Positions 8,377 to 18,087 of a stretch of 64,000 nt of DNA are shown here, in pieces. Made by a program: the position numbers and the translations under genes. This stretch comes from an uncultured Planctomycetaceae bacterium (lineage in GTDB: Bacteria; Planctomycetota; Planctomycetia; Isosphaerales; Isosphaeraceae). The DNA lies in contig CAWIAD010000002.1 in assembly GCA_963833985.1 (NCBI GenBank), forward strand, positions 5,216,001-5,280,000, read 5' to 3'. Below the pieces are notes generated by a model. The model was given only the letters and a program-made list of their open reading frames with translations. It was not told where the DNA came from and did no database searches. How positions within the stretch are numbered: position 1 is the stretch's first letter; every line of letters begins with the position of its first letter.

Positions 8377-9207
8377 ATGTGCTCGACTCAGACCGACCGC
8401 GCCATGGACGCGCCGGTGCTATCGCAGGATGACGAGCGTGCCATCGACCGAATCGTCCACTCCATGAGTCGGGCCCGGCGCCTGCTGTTCATCACGGGCG
8501 CGGGAATTTCGGCCGATTCCGGACTTCCCACCTACCGCGGACGGGACGGGCTCTACCGGGTCCAGCAGACCACCCCACACGGACTGTCGATCGAGAAAGC
8601 GCTCTCGGGGTCGATGCTCCGCACGCGTCCCGAGATCACCTGGCATTATCTGCTTGAACTTGAGAAGACGAGTCGTCATGCCACTCCGAACCGCGGTCAC
8701 CAAGTGATCGCCGAAATGGATGACTACTTCGACGCAGTCTGGGTGCTCACTCAGAATGTGGATGGTTTGCACCAGAGCGCAGGGTCCCGCAACGTACTGG
8801 ACCTCCATGGCAGCCTGCATGAGCTGCTCTGCACGCAGTGTGGCCAGCAGTCCACGACGCCCGATTATTCCGGCCTCGCGTTGCCGCCCCGTTGCGCCGA
8901 GTGCCAGGGCCTGATCCGCCCCAAGGTCGTGCTGTTCGAGGAAGAACTCCCCTACGACAAGCTTTCCCGTCTCTGGTTCGAGATGGGCACCGGCTTCGAT
9001 CTCATCTTCAGCGTCGGCACCAGTAGTCTCTTCGAGTACATCGTCGAACCCGTCCGGGTCGGCCGCCGGATGGGCACCACGACAGTCGAGATCAACCCCG
9101 AGGACACGACCATTTCGGGCGAGGTGGATATCAAGATCCGTGCCGGCGCAGCCACCGTGCTGGGAGCTGTCTGGGAACGTTACCTGGCCTGGTGGCCCTG
9201 GTCCTGA
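8377..9207 (+). CDS. cobB: Sir2/CobB-family NAD-dependent protein deacylase
   Basis: TGAGISADSGLPTYRG, TQNVDGLHQ, DLHG, CxxC...CxxC zinc site, RPKVVLFEE, VGTS, EINP. Confidence 0.92.
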   Translation: MCSTQTDRAMDAPVLSQDDERAIDRIVHSMSRARRLLFITGAGISADSGLPTYRGRDGLYRVQQTTPHGLSIEKALSGSMLRTRPEITWHYLLELEKTSRHATPNRGHQVIAEMDDYFDAVWVLTQNVDGLHQSAGSRNVLDLHGSLHELLCTQCGQQSTTPDYSGLALPPRCAECQGLIRPKVVLFEEELPYDKLSRLWFEMGTGFDLIFSVGTSSLFEYIVEPVRVGRRMGTTTVEINPEDTTISGEVDIKIRAGAATVLGAVWERYLAWWPWS

Positions 9208-9217
9208 CCCAGCCAGC

Positions 9218-9514
9218 TCAACCGCCTGGTGCCTCCTGGCCGGGGGGCGCGTCGAACTTGACGTCCCCTGGCTCCGCCGTGGCCACACTGGCCGCCGGAG
9301 TACGTGATTCCTGGGCCGGGGACGGTTCATTGTCAGACGGGGGCGGATACTCGTAGTTGAGAATCGTCTCCACCAGCAAGGTCCCGAAGGGCGGAAGATT
9401 GCCCGATTCGATGCCGGCATGCTTCTTGAGGATTTCCAGGATCTCCTCCTTCCCGCGCTGGGTGGTCAGGAGATTTCGAATCTCGTCCTCGCGCTCTTGG
9501 CGGTTCATCGTCAT
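9218..9514 (-). CDS. Small hypothetical protein
   Basis: Protein-like ORF MNRQEREDEIRNLL...LLVETILNYEY with an acidic/proline-rich tail. Confidence 0.55.
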   Translation of the reverse strand: MTMNRQEREDEIRNLLTTQRGKEEILEILKKHAGIESGNLPPFGTLLVETILNYEYPPPSDNEPSPAQESRTPAASVATAEPGDVKFDAPPGQEAPGG

Positions 9515-9634
9515 CGCCTCGTTGTCGAGATGGCTGCCCCGCATGACCCGCCGTCCACCGATGGGCCAGTAACAGTCATGATGATCATGCAACTGGCGGG
9601 CCAGTCGGAACCGGTTCGTTCGTGGACGGGCCGG

Positions 9635-10183
9635 TCAGGGCTGGGCCTCCAGCACGAAATACATGCGCAGAGTCGGTTGCGGCTCGGTGCGCGCGTACAT
9701 GAGACCGAGGAAGAGGCCGGGACCGATCTGGCGGATCTCGTCGCGATTCCGGGCGTAGACGCGTGAGGTCTGGCTGTAGTCCAGGATCAACGCCGGTGCT
9801 CCGTCGAGCCAGCTTTGCTGCTGATAGACCTGGGCACGGATCATCGGCAGGCCGAAGAAACGATTGACCGCCGACGAGCTGGCGGGATCGAAGACCTTGC
9901 CCTGCCAGAGGATCCGGGTTCCCCGTGCCATGGTCACGTTCCGCCGCGTTCCCGGTGCCAGGATGGCCGTTCCGCGGACTCGCCCCGCCGGGATGGCCGT
10001 GGCGCTTCCCTGGCGATAGAGTGCCTCGAGTTCGGGGCCGGTCATGTGAAGCAGTTGCTCGGGACGAAGTGGTGTTTCCAGGCAGAGCGCCCGGGACGGA
10101 AGCTCCATGCAGCAGAGCCAGGCAGCCAGGCTGAGAGCAGATATGGGGATTCGATGTCTCGATCGATCAGCTGAAAAACTCAT
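9635..10183 (-). CDS. Exported hypothetical protein (WQGKVF / LDY / RDEIR family)
   Basis: Only the last 182 codons of the 902-aa track ORF look protein-like: signal-like N-terminus, ELEALY, WQGKVFD, SWLDGAPALILDY, RDEIRQIGPGLFLG. Confidence 0.7.
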   Translation of the reverse strand: MSFSADRSRHRIPISALSLAAWLCCMELPSRALCLETPLRPEQLLHMTGPELEALYRQGSATAIPAGRVRGTAILAPGTRRNVTMARGTRILWQGKVFDPASSSAVNRFFGLPMIRAQVYQQQSWLDGAPALILDYSQTSRVYARNRDEIRQIGPGLFLGLMYARTEPQPTLRMYFVLEAQP

Positions 10184-10356
10184 GGATGACCTCGGCGGAG
10201 GGTGCTGCGGCCGATGGGGATGCGTCGGTATCCCCAGACATCGGCCAGACGTGCCCGGCGGCTTGAGCCTTTGTAGCCGAGACAGCGACACGCGCCGCGC
10301 AGCCAGCGCAGACCGGCGCGGCATCGCCAGGCAACCGCTCGGGTCGGGCCCGATCG

Positions 10357-13300
10357 CTACTTCACGGCCCGGCCGATCGGCTCCAGCAGTGAGCCGAGCC
10401 AGTACCCAAGCGACGGGAACGCAGTGAGCACGAAGCCCACGACGGGCACCGCATACGGCAGCAGGTTGGACATCAGCGTCTGATCGAGCTTGAAGCTGTT
10501 GGGCGCCTTGCGAGAGACGCGGCTCACAAAGTCGCTCTTCTCGATTTGCAGGAGCACCAGCAGGGTGGCCAGGACGCCGGCCGCGATGAACCCCCAGATG
10601 ATGATCGACATCAGTTTCAGGGGGTGAAACGGGTACCAGGCCACCGCCAGCAGCAAGAGCAGAGGCCCATAGATGAGCTGGGCCGACATGCTGCGGAGCG
10701 GATGGGCGAACTGGCTGACCAGGTAGACAACCCTCAACGCCAGGAGCTGCTCGGCCAGGTCGAGCCACTGGCTGGTGGCGGCATCGGTGTCTGGCGTGAC
10801 GGGACCACCCGCTTCGCCCTTGGCCTGACCGTCGTCGGCCATGGTTCCGCCGTAGGCCTGCTCCAGGCTGCGCCTTGGCCACGCCAGGTTCATGACCGGC
10901 CCGACACAGGCGTTCGACACGATCTCGAACCGCTCCACATCGGAGGTGGGACCGCGGGCCGCGACCGCAGCCCGGAGCGCTTCCTGAGCGGGCAGCCGCG
11001 CGGCGTCGGCTTGCTCGGCCGCGGGCGCCCAGCCCAGGACCAGCCGGCATTGCTGAAGGGGGATCTCCAGGTCCATGTCCTCCTGCAATGAGGTCCGCAG
11101 GAACCGGCCGAACTTCGCGGCCACGCGGGGAGGGATCTGGTCGAAGGCCGAAGCCATCGGCAGCAGGCTGATCTGGCGAAAGAGCTGGAACAGCGACCGC
11201 CAGAGCCAGAGGTAACGCACCTGCGAGTAGACCAGCAGCAGCAGGTAGGCCAGGAGCGCCAGGATGATCAGCAGATCGAACCGCGCACCCTCGGGCGTGG
11301 GAATGAACCGCGGCCAGATCACGCCCCAGACCAGGACCAACAGCCCGGCCACGGCCGAGACCACCAGCCCGGCCACGGGCAGGTTCTTCGAGACCAGCAC
11401 GGTCACCGGGTACTCCAGCAAGTCGACGCACAGCCGGAACCGGGCATTGAGCCGCGGAATGACGCGCTTCCAGGGGAAGTCGCCAGGCATCGTCACACCC
11501 GCCAGTGAGATCAACTCCGAACCTCTGCGCAGCAGCGGATAGGCCCTGAGCCGTTTGAGCTCGAGATAGCACCACCAGAAGATCGCCGCGCCGATGCAGG
11601 TGACCGGCACGATGGGTGAGATTCCCCCCAGCAGATGGGCGCTGCGGTCGAGCGCCAGCCAGGAATTCGGCAGCTCCGGGCGCAACAGCGCGAACTCGAA
11701 GAGACGGATGACAATGAAGGCGATTCCGACCACGACCACCGAGAGAGTCATGACCCTGTAGAACAGGCTCTCGAAGATCAGCCAGCGGTCCACTTGCACC
11801 GGCCCTTTGCCCGCGGTCCGCTTGCCGGAGCTGTTCCGGCGAATCGCCTCGCGCAGGCAAACCAGCAAGGGGACGAGCAGCCAGAGCATGGTCAGGATGC
11901 CCAGCATGGCCAGTGCGTAGACGTCCCAGCTCACCATCAGCCTGGCCTCCCGATCCCCGGCGGGCGCCACGCGGGGCGGTATCGCCACATCCAGGGGCGT
12001 GGCCAGCATGCCGTACGGTACCGCCAGAGCGACCAGCAACAGCGAAGTCAAGAACAGATGCTTGCGCGTGCTCGACTGGCCGGAGACCACGAACCGGCTG
12101 AGAACCGGGTCGAACCAGCTTGTCAGCGCCCGCGGCTCGCCGTCTTTCCGGGCACGCAGGTTCGTGTAAAGCACCAACGCCGCAACCATGAACGTGACGA
12201 AGGTGCCCACGCAGAAGACCAGTTTCCAGATCAGTGGAAAATCGTACTCGAATTTGAGCGAGATGACCGTCTCGGCCTGCGGGTCCAGGCTGACGATGGG
12301 GGGGATGAGGGCCTCGCCCCGCGCCCGCTGTTCCGTCTCGCAATGACTGAGCGAGCGGACCGCGAGCGGCCAGATCCGGCCCAGCCCCACCTGGTTGATC
12401 CAGATCTGCGGACGGCGGTTCACCGAATCAAGGAACGTGGCCACGAAGGGTCGGCCATAAACCAGGAAGTCCTCGGCCTTGGCGGTATCGACGACCAGGC
12501 GATTGGCCCGGTCGGGATCGCTCACCGCGTTCAGCAACACCAGCGCGGCGTTGTACCGGCCGACGTCGAACTCGCTGGCAAAGAGACGCCGCTCGATGGA
12601 TCCCTGGAACGGATACGACCAGACCTGGGCACGGGCGTCCAGCGGGTACGACGAGGCGATGATGGTGCCCCGAAAGTCGAGTGTGAACTGCGGATCGGAG
12701 TAGCGCAGGTCGTTGCCCACCAGGATGATCTGCACATCCGGGCAATTCTCCCGGACCAGCCGGGTGAGGTAGATCACGTCCAGGATATCGGTCGCCACGA
12801 TACCCAGGTAACGGACGTCCTCGTGGGCGATCGTCGTGAGGATGTTCGAGAGGATCAGACTGTCGGTGGCGACAGTCATTTTGGGCGAAAGCGCGGGCAG
12901 GCGGTCGGTCTGGCGGCCCGTCGGTGGATCGAAGGGAATCGAGACGCGGCTCTTGGCCGCAGCGCCTGTGCCCGAGCTGGCGCTGGCCGCTTCGCTGGCT
13001 CGAACCTGGGCGATCTGAGACGGAAAGGGAATCGAGATGATCTGTTTTGACTGGTTGCTGGTGCCGCTGGTGCCATAGGTGTTGCCCACCACGGAGCCGT
13101 AACCCGATCCGGTCTCGACCAGCAGTGCAATCTTGCCCGCGGGCAGCGCGGGGCTGGAGGGATCGTGCCGGCGGGCAGGGTTGGCCAGGAAGCGGTAGAG
13201 CGCGGCCAGCAGAATGTCGTCGGGAATCACGCTGGCGGAGTAGAGGGCACGAGCGGGCGAGGCGTTGCGTTCGAACGAGGATTTGTCGATGGCAGTGGCC

Positions 13301-14247
13301 GATCCCGAACAGACCCAGATGGGGGCCTCGCGGCGCTCCTGCCGGGCTTCGGCCCACATTCGCAGCACGCGCGCCATCGAATCGCCAGTGCCGGAGAACG
13401 TCGGCGCCAGGACGCGGATGACCGGCTCGCGATCCAGCGACTTGCTGTTTCGCTGGTAGTCGAGCGACCAGGCGATATTCAGGCTCGTCGTGAGCGCCTC
13501 CTGCTCGATGCCCCACGTCGGCGTCTCGCCGACGATGAGCAAGAGCAGCAGTTCCTGGGGAGCGGCGAGTTGGCCGGGTTGCGGCGGAGAGCGGTCGATC
13601 CGGAACAAAATGGATCCGGGCTGACGCTCATACCGAGCACCGCGGAGAGCGGCCAGGACGGCCGCGGGGGGAGCGGGGCCTGGTGCTGCCGGCGTGGCGC
13701 CTGCCCCGGAAGCAGCAGCGGAAGCAGGAACACTGGCGGCAGCAGGGGGCGCGGAGGCGGCCGGCGCGCCGCCGCTGGAGGAGGAGGCATCAAGCCACGG
13801 CAGGCGGAAACGATCGAGCGTGTATCCCTCGGACTCGATGGCCCGCTGGATCGCCTCGGTCGCCATGTCGAAGTCATAGCCCAGGCGCGACTCGGTCGGG
13901 TCAGGAAGCGAGGCAATCACCGTGGTGACGCGGTATCCGCCCAGCGCGCCCGCGAGCTCTTCGAGTGAGCCTGGCGTCTGGCGCAGGTTGAGGAACCTCA
14001 GAAGCGGTTCGCACGCCTCCAGCGCGTCGGCCTCGCTGGCGTGTGGGGGAGGGCCGGAGAGGACCCCGGCCGGTGCCGTGGACTGGCCCGAGCCATCTCC
14101 CTGCGCCGAACCACCTCCGGAACGCGCCGAGAGGTTGTACACGCCGGCGGTCGCCGCGAGGATCAGCATCAGGGCAAGCACGGGCGTCGGCCCGCGGGTG
14201 GCAATCGCCTTGCCCAGGTCGTTGGAATCCGAATCAGCCATCGTCAC
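10357..14247 (-). CDS. Large (1296 aa) membrane protein: N-terminal anchor, large extracytoplasmic region, ~10-11 TM segments
   Basis: Uninterrupted long ORF; hydrophobic segments cluster in the C-terminal half; soluble region has alternating alpha/beta motifs. Confidence 0.85.
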   Translation of the reverse strand: MTMADSDSNDLGKAIATRGPTPVLALMLILAATAGVYNLSARSGGGSAQGDGSGQSTAPAGVLSGPPPHASEADALEACEPLLRFLNLRQTPGSLEELAGALGGYRVTTVIASLPDPTESRLGYDFDMATEAIQRAIESEGYTLDRFRLPWLDASSSSGGAPAASAPPAAASVPASAAASGAGATPAAPGPAPPAAVLAALRGARYERQPGSILFRIDRSPPQPGQLAAPQELLLLLIVGETPTWGIEQEALTTSLNIAWSLDYQRNSKSLDREPVIRVLAPTFSGTGDSMARVLRMWAEARQERREAPIWVCSGSATAIDKSSFERNASPARALYSASVIPDDILLAALYRFLANPARRHDPSSPALPAGKIALLVETGSGYGSVVGNTYGTSGTSNQSKQIISIPFPSQIAQVRASEAASASSGTGAAAKSRVSIPFDPPTGRQTDRLPALSPKMTVATDSLILSNILTTIAHEDVRYLGIVATDILDVIYLTRLVRENCPDVQIILVGNDLRYSDPQFTLDFRGTIIASSYPLDARAQVWSYPFQGSIERRLFASEFDVGRYNAALVLLNAVSDPDRANRLVVDTAKAEDFLVYGRPFVATFLDSVNRRPQIWINQVGLGRIWPLAVRSLSHCETEQRARGEALIPPIVSLDPQAETVISLKFEYDFPLIWKLVFCVGTFVTFMVAALVLYTNLRARKDGEPRALTSWFDPVLSRFVVSGQSSTRKHLFLTSLLLVALAVPYGMLATPLDVAIPPRVAPAGDREARLMVSWDVYALAMLGILTMLWLLVPLLVCLREAIRRNSSGKRTAGKGPVQVDRWLIFESLFYRVMTLSVVVVGIAFIVIRLFEFALLRPELPNSWLALDRSAHLLGGISPIVPVTCIGAAIFWWCYLELKRLRAYPLLRRGSELISLAGVTMPGDFPWKRVIPRLNARFRLCVDLLEYPVTVLVSKNLPVAGLVVSAVAGLLVLVWGVIWPRFIPTPEGARFDLLIILALLAYLLLLVYSQVRYLWLWRSLFQLFRQISLLPMASAFDQIPPRVAAKFGRFLRTSLQEDMDLEIPLQQCRLVLGWAPAAEQADAARLPAQEALRAAVAARGPTSDVERFEIVSNACVGPVMNLAWPRRSLEQAYGGTMADDGQAKGEAGGPVTPDTDAATSQWLDLAEQLLALRVVYLVSQFAHPLRSMSAQLIYGPLLLLLAVAWYPFHPLKLMSIIIWGFIAAGVLATLLVLLQIEKSDFVSRVSRKAPNSFKLDQTLMSNLLPYAVPVVGFVLTAFPSLGYWLGSLLEPIGRAVK

Positions 14248-14260
14248 CCGGCTGGTACCG

Positions 14261-14728
14261 TCACGGCCTCTTCTTCAGGTCGAAGGCGAACGAGTTGCCG
14301 AAGTCGGTCTTGAACTCCTTGGGACGGCCCGAGTCGCCATTGCTGAAGCAGATCTTGAGCGTGCCGTCGCTGGTGAAGCGGTAGATTCCCCGGGCCTTGT
14401 ATCCCTTTGCGTTGGGCGAATTCTCGAGGACGTCGAAATCGATCTGCTTCTCGGGCTCGGCCCTGGAATTGAGCTTGATGGTCATCTCGTAGCCGCGGGT
14501 CGGGGTCTTGAGCGAGACATGCTCCCTCTTGAAGCTCCAGACGCTTTCATTGCCCTGGCCGTCCCGGGAGACCCACTCCCCTTGCATGGTCTTGAGGTCG
14601 CCGGTGATCTCCGGCGCCGGCTTCTGGTCCTGGCCAGGCACCGGCTGGCTCGCCAAAGCTTCAGGTACCAAACAGGCAGCCACGAGAGAGAACAGCATCG
14701 CGGCCCGCAGAGATCGAGGCATCGTCAA
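14261..14728 (-). CDS. TIGR03067-type planctomycete exported domain protein
   Basis: Signal peptide; DLKTMQGEW...PEKQIDF...GIYRF..DGTLKICF...RPKEF pattern. Confidence 0.8.
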   Translation of the reverse strand: MTMPRSLRAAMLFSLVAACLVPEALASQPVPGQDQKPAPEITGDLKTMQGEWVSRDGQGNESVWSFKREHVSLKTPTRGYEMTIKLNSRAEPEKQIDFDVLENSPNAKGYKARGIYRFTSDGTLKICFSNGDSGRPKEFKTDFGNSFAFDLKKRP

Positions 14729-14929
14729 GTGGCTCCTCGCAGCAGATCGGGGGCGCAGCCGATGGATTGTAGGGAGATCCGCTGCGCACCCGGTGGTGTA
14801 CGGACGGGGAAATCTTGCAAGAGAGTCAGCCTAGCATGAGCCATGCGCCGAGTCGAGACGTCGGCTCAATCCTGGTCGGGCGCCGGGTGATTGATCTGCG
14901 TGAAATCAGACCGAGATCGGCCAGTCGGG

Positions 14930-14958
14930 TTGACAGCACCGCGGGCTCAGGGTTAAAT
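14930..14958 (+). promoter_or_regulatory. Possible sigma70 promoter upstream of the MBOAT operon
   Basis: Perfect TTGACA (14930-14935), 17-bp spacer, weak -10 TTAAAT. Confidence 0.3.
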
Positions 14959-15397
14959 CGCCGGAGTCATGGGAAAGGAGACCCACAATCTTGAGTTGTC
15001 GCGCCAGCGTTGGCCGCTTGAGGCCAGGGAATCGCCAGGCACTCCGAGGTGCTTCCGCGGCAGTTCCTGCGGGCCGTCCTTTCGTTCTGGACACGGACGT
15101 ATCGATGATCTATCACGGGTAACCGTAGCGATATTGCAGGCGTATCAGGGATGACGCGGCCGCAGCGGGGGACTCACCGGTTCATGGATGAACCGGTCCC
15201 CGCAAACCTTCTCACCCGGGCAGTTCTCCTCCGCCAGATCCCGTCATCTCCGCCGTCGACTTTCCTTTCATCCCGTTATGCCGGGCGCCGATTTTCCGCG
15301 GGCTGGCTCAGTCAGAGGTAGGACCTCGAGCATCCGCCGTGCGAATGGCTTGAGCCCTGGACGACCGGGAGTCCCGCCAGGGGCAGGGGGCCGGTTC

Positions 15398-16816
15398 ATG
15401 AGTGCGGAGATCAGAGACCATAAAACCCGCAGGCTGGCGCCGCATCGCAAGTATTTCCCCGCCGGGGAGCAGGCCCAGCGCGACGGCCGCGTGGCCCCAT
15501 CGTGGTGGGAACTGATCTACCAGGACGAGCCGGAAGCCTGCCGCCGCCGCCTCGTGCCGTTTCTCCGGTCGCTGATCCAGCTTGGCCTCCTGGTGGTTCT
15601 GTTCAAGAAGTATCAGATCGAGGGCCGGGCGTTCCTGGCGCTGGCGAAGCTGGCACTGGCCGCCCTGCCGATCCACTATCTGGCCCCCTACCGCTGGAAG
15701 AAGCCGCTCTTCCTGGCGGTCTCGGTGGCCGGGCTGTACTGGGTCTTCGGAACCGAGATCGCCTCCGTGGTCGTGGGGCTGGCCGCAGTGTTCATTGGCA
15801 TCTGCTGCGCGCCTGTGCCCTGGCGGCTTCGTGCCGGCTGCATGGCCGCGCTGGCCGTGGGCCTGGCCGTGGCGCGCAGCCACTCGCTGCTCTCGTTCGT
15901 ACCCAGCACGGTCTGGCCAATCATTGCAACCATGTTCATGTTCCGCACGATAATTTACCTTTATGAGCTGAAGCACGCGAAGGCCCCCGAATCGCTGGTG
16001 GATGCCGCTGGTTACTTCTTCTTGCTGCCTAACTTCTGCTTCATGCATTTTCCGGTCGTCGACTACCGGACGCTCCAGCGCGGCTACTTCGCCGACGACA
16101 TTCACGCGATCCAGCGGCGGGGCTTTCAGATGATGTTTCGCGGCACCATTCACTTGCTGATTTATCGCCTGATCTACCACGAATTACTCATCCCCGCCAC
16201 CGACGTCCAGGACTTCGGGAGCCTTGCCGGCTACCTGGTTTGCAATTACCTGCTTTACATGCGCGTTTCAGGGCAGTTCCACATGGCCTGCGGCATGCTT
16301 CACCTGTTCGGCTACCAGCTTCCTGACACGCACCACCACTACCTACTGGCCACCAGCTTCACCGACTACTGGAGAAGGATCAACATTTACTGGAAAGATT
16401 TCATGGTTCGGCTTTTCTTCAATCCCGTTGTCTTCCGGCTCAAGCGGTGGCCGCAATCTGCCGCCCTGGCGATGGCCACGGTGACGGTCTTTCTGGCCAC
16501 ATGGGCACTGCATGCGTACCAGTCGTACTGGCTGCGGGGAACCTGGGGACTGTCGGTGCCTGATGCGCTGTTCTGGGGTGTGCTGGGGCTTCTGGTCTTG
16601 ATCAACGTGCAGCTGGACGCCCGGCGCAGCCGGAGACGGCCGGCCGCCCGGAGAGCGCGCGATCCGGACCGTTGGATCGTGGTCCGGGGGCTGGCGGCTC
16701 GAGGGCTGAAGACCGCGGCCACCTTCACCACGATTGCCGTACTCTGGTCGCTGTGGTCCAGCCCCACACTGTCGGAGTGGCTGGAAATGATGCACCGCGG
16801 ACTTCTGGGATCGTGA
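15398..16816 (+). CDS. MBOAT-family membrane-bound O-acyltransferase (DltB/AlgI-like)
   Basis: Many TM segments; LLYMRVSGQFHMA, LLATSFTDYWRRINIYWKDF, and putative catalytic His in TWALHAYQ. Confidence 0.8.
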   Translation: MSAEIRDHKTRRLAPHRKYFPAGEQAQRDGRVAPSWWELIYQDEPEACRRRLVPFLRSLIQLGLLVVLFKKYQIEGRAFLALAKLALAALPIHYLAPYRWKKPLFLAVSVAGLYWVFGTEIASVVVGLAAVFIGICCAPVPWRLRAGCMAALAVGLAVARSHSLLSFVPSTVWPIIATMFMFRTIIYLYELKHAKAPESLVDAAGYFFLLPNFCFMHFPVVDYRTLQRGYFADDIHAIQRRGFQMMFRGTIHLLIYRLIYHELLIPATDVQDFGSLAGYLVCNYLLYMRVSGQFHMACGMLHLFGYQLPDTHHHYLLATSFTDYWRRINIYWKDFMVRLFFNPVVFRLKRWPQSAALAMATVTVFLATWALHAYQSYWLRGTWGLSVPDALFWGVLGLLVLINVQLDARRSRRRPAARRARDPDRWIVVRGLAARGLKTAATFTTIAVLWSLWSSPTLSEWLEMMHRGLLGS

Positions 16817-16834
16817 CAGGGGGGCTGGATCGCG

Positions 16835-18061
16835 ATGGCAAGCAACCCGGCAACGTCGGTGGCCGCGGCCCGGATGATGGCGATCCAGTGCCTGCTACTG
16901 CTGGCTCTGGCATTCATACCCTGGCCCGAACGGTGGACCTTCCTCCGCTCGCTGCTGGCCTCGGCGCGCTCTCCGGAGCTGAACCGGGCCGAACGGGAGG
17001 TGCATGCCGCGGGCTATTACGAGGGGCTGATCGGCGGCGGCGATGGCGCGGAGGGTGCGCGCGGCGAGCTGGCGCTGCGGCTCATGGGCAAGCCCAACGG
17101 TTGGGTCCGGTTCAACGACGCCGGCGTCTCGCGGATGCTCCCCGGCGATTTCCTTCAGTTCGAGCTCGTGCCCGGCGTGCGGCGGATGCTTTTCGGCCAG
17201 CCGTTCGTCATCAACTCCCACGGCATGCACAGTGCCGAGGTCACCGTCGAGAAGCCCCCGGAGACCTTCCGGATCGCCCTTCTGGGCTCCTCGCTCGACA
17301 TGGGCTGGGGCGTGACCTTCCAGGAGACCTACAGCCACCAGCTCGAGGAATGGCTGAACCGGCACGCCCGGCGGCTGGGCCGGAATTCGCCCCGGCGGTA
17401 CGAGGTGCTCAACTTCGCGGTCGCCGCGTATAGCCCACTTCAGCGGCTAGAAACACTGCGCCGCAAGGCCCTGGCGTTCCACCCGGATCTCGTCATCTAC
17501 TCGGCAACAATGCTCGACCCGCGGCTCATGGAGATCCATCTCTGCGACGCCCTGGCCAGCAAGGCCGATCTGACTTACGGCTTCGTCAAGGACGCATTCG
17601 AGCAGGCCGGAGTCGGCCCGGAGCAGTTCGAGGTTGACGGCGAAGGCAAGCTGGTCTTCAAGGATCAGATCAAGGCCAGGATGCAGCCGCATCACTGGAC
17701 GCTGTACGACTCCACGATCGGTGCGCTCGCGGGAACCTGCCGCAGCGCGGGCATGCCGGTGCTGGTCGTGATCATCCCCCGGGTTGGCAAGGCCGATGCG
17801 CCGCTGGCCCGCGCCGAGTCCGTCGCCCGCCTGAAGGCGATCGCCGGCCACCACGCCCTGCCGATCTACGACCTGAGTGATACGTTCGACCGGTTCGACC
17901 CTGCGACCATCGAGATCGCCGCATGGGACGACCATCCCAACGCCCTGGGACACAAACGGCTCTTCCTGGCACTGGCCCGCTCGCTGGTCAAGGACGAGGC
18001 TCGCTACCGCTTGCTTTTCCCCGAGGATTCCGATCAATCACCGAGATCCCTGAGCAGGTGA
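16835..18061 (+). CDS. SGNH/GDSL-fold periplasmic protein (DltD/AlgJ/AlgX-like)
   Basis: N-terminal anchor; RIALLGSSLDMG (block I Ser), EVLNFAV, WDDHPNALGH (DxH). Confidence 0.8.
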   Translation: MASNPATSVAAARMMAIQCLLLLALAFIPWPERWTFLRSLLASARSPELNRAEREVHAAGYYEGLIGGGDGAEGARGELALRLMGKPNGWVRFNDAGVSRMLPGDFLQFELVPGVRRMLFGQPFVINSHGMHSAEVTVEKPPETFRIALLGSSLDMGWGVTFQETYSHQLEEWLNRHARRLGRNSPRRYEVLNFAVAAYSPLQRLETLRRKALAFHPDLVIYSATMLDPRLMEIHLCDALASKADLTYGFVKDAFEQAGVGPEQFEVDGEGKLVFKDQIKARMQPHHWTLYDSTIGALAGTCRSAGMPVLVVIIPRVGKADAPLARAESVARLKAIAGHHALPIYDLSDTFDRFDPATIEIAAWDDHPNALGHKRLFLALARSLVKDEARYRLLFPEDSDQSPRSLSR

Positions 18062-18087
18062 CTCGACGCACAAGAGAGATTTTGCCC

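Noticed and set aside
8377..9207. Sir2 as an anti-phage NADase (ThsA/DSR type)
   Set aside because: It has the zinc-binding CxxC pairs and size of a housekeeping CobB deacylase, with no fused or adjacent defence partner.
10184..12343. Upstream ~720 codons of the 902-aa minus-strand ORF
   Set aside because: Out-of-frame shadow of the 1296-aa gene with Arg/Pro/Gly-rich, non-protein-like composition; only the last 182 codons look real.
14960..15397. Riboswitch or ncRNA in the long leader before the MBOAT gene
   Set aside because: Only short GC hairpins are visible; no conserved motif of a known family could be recognised by eye. An Rfam/Infernal scan would settle it.
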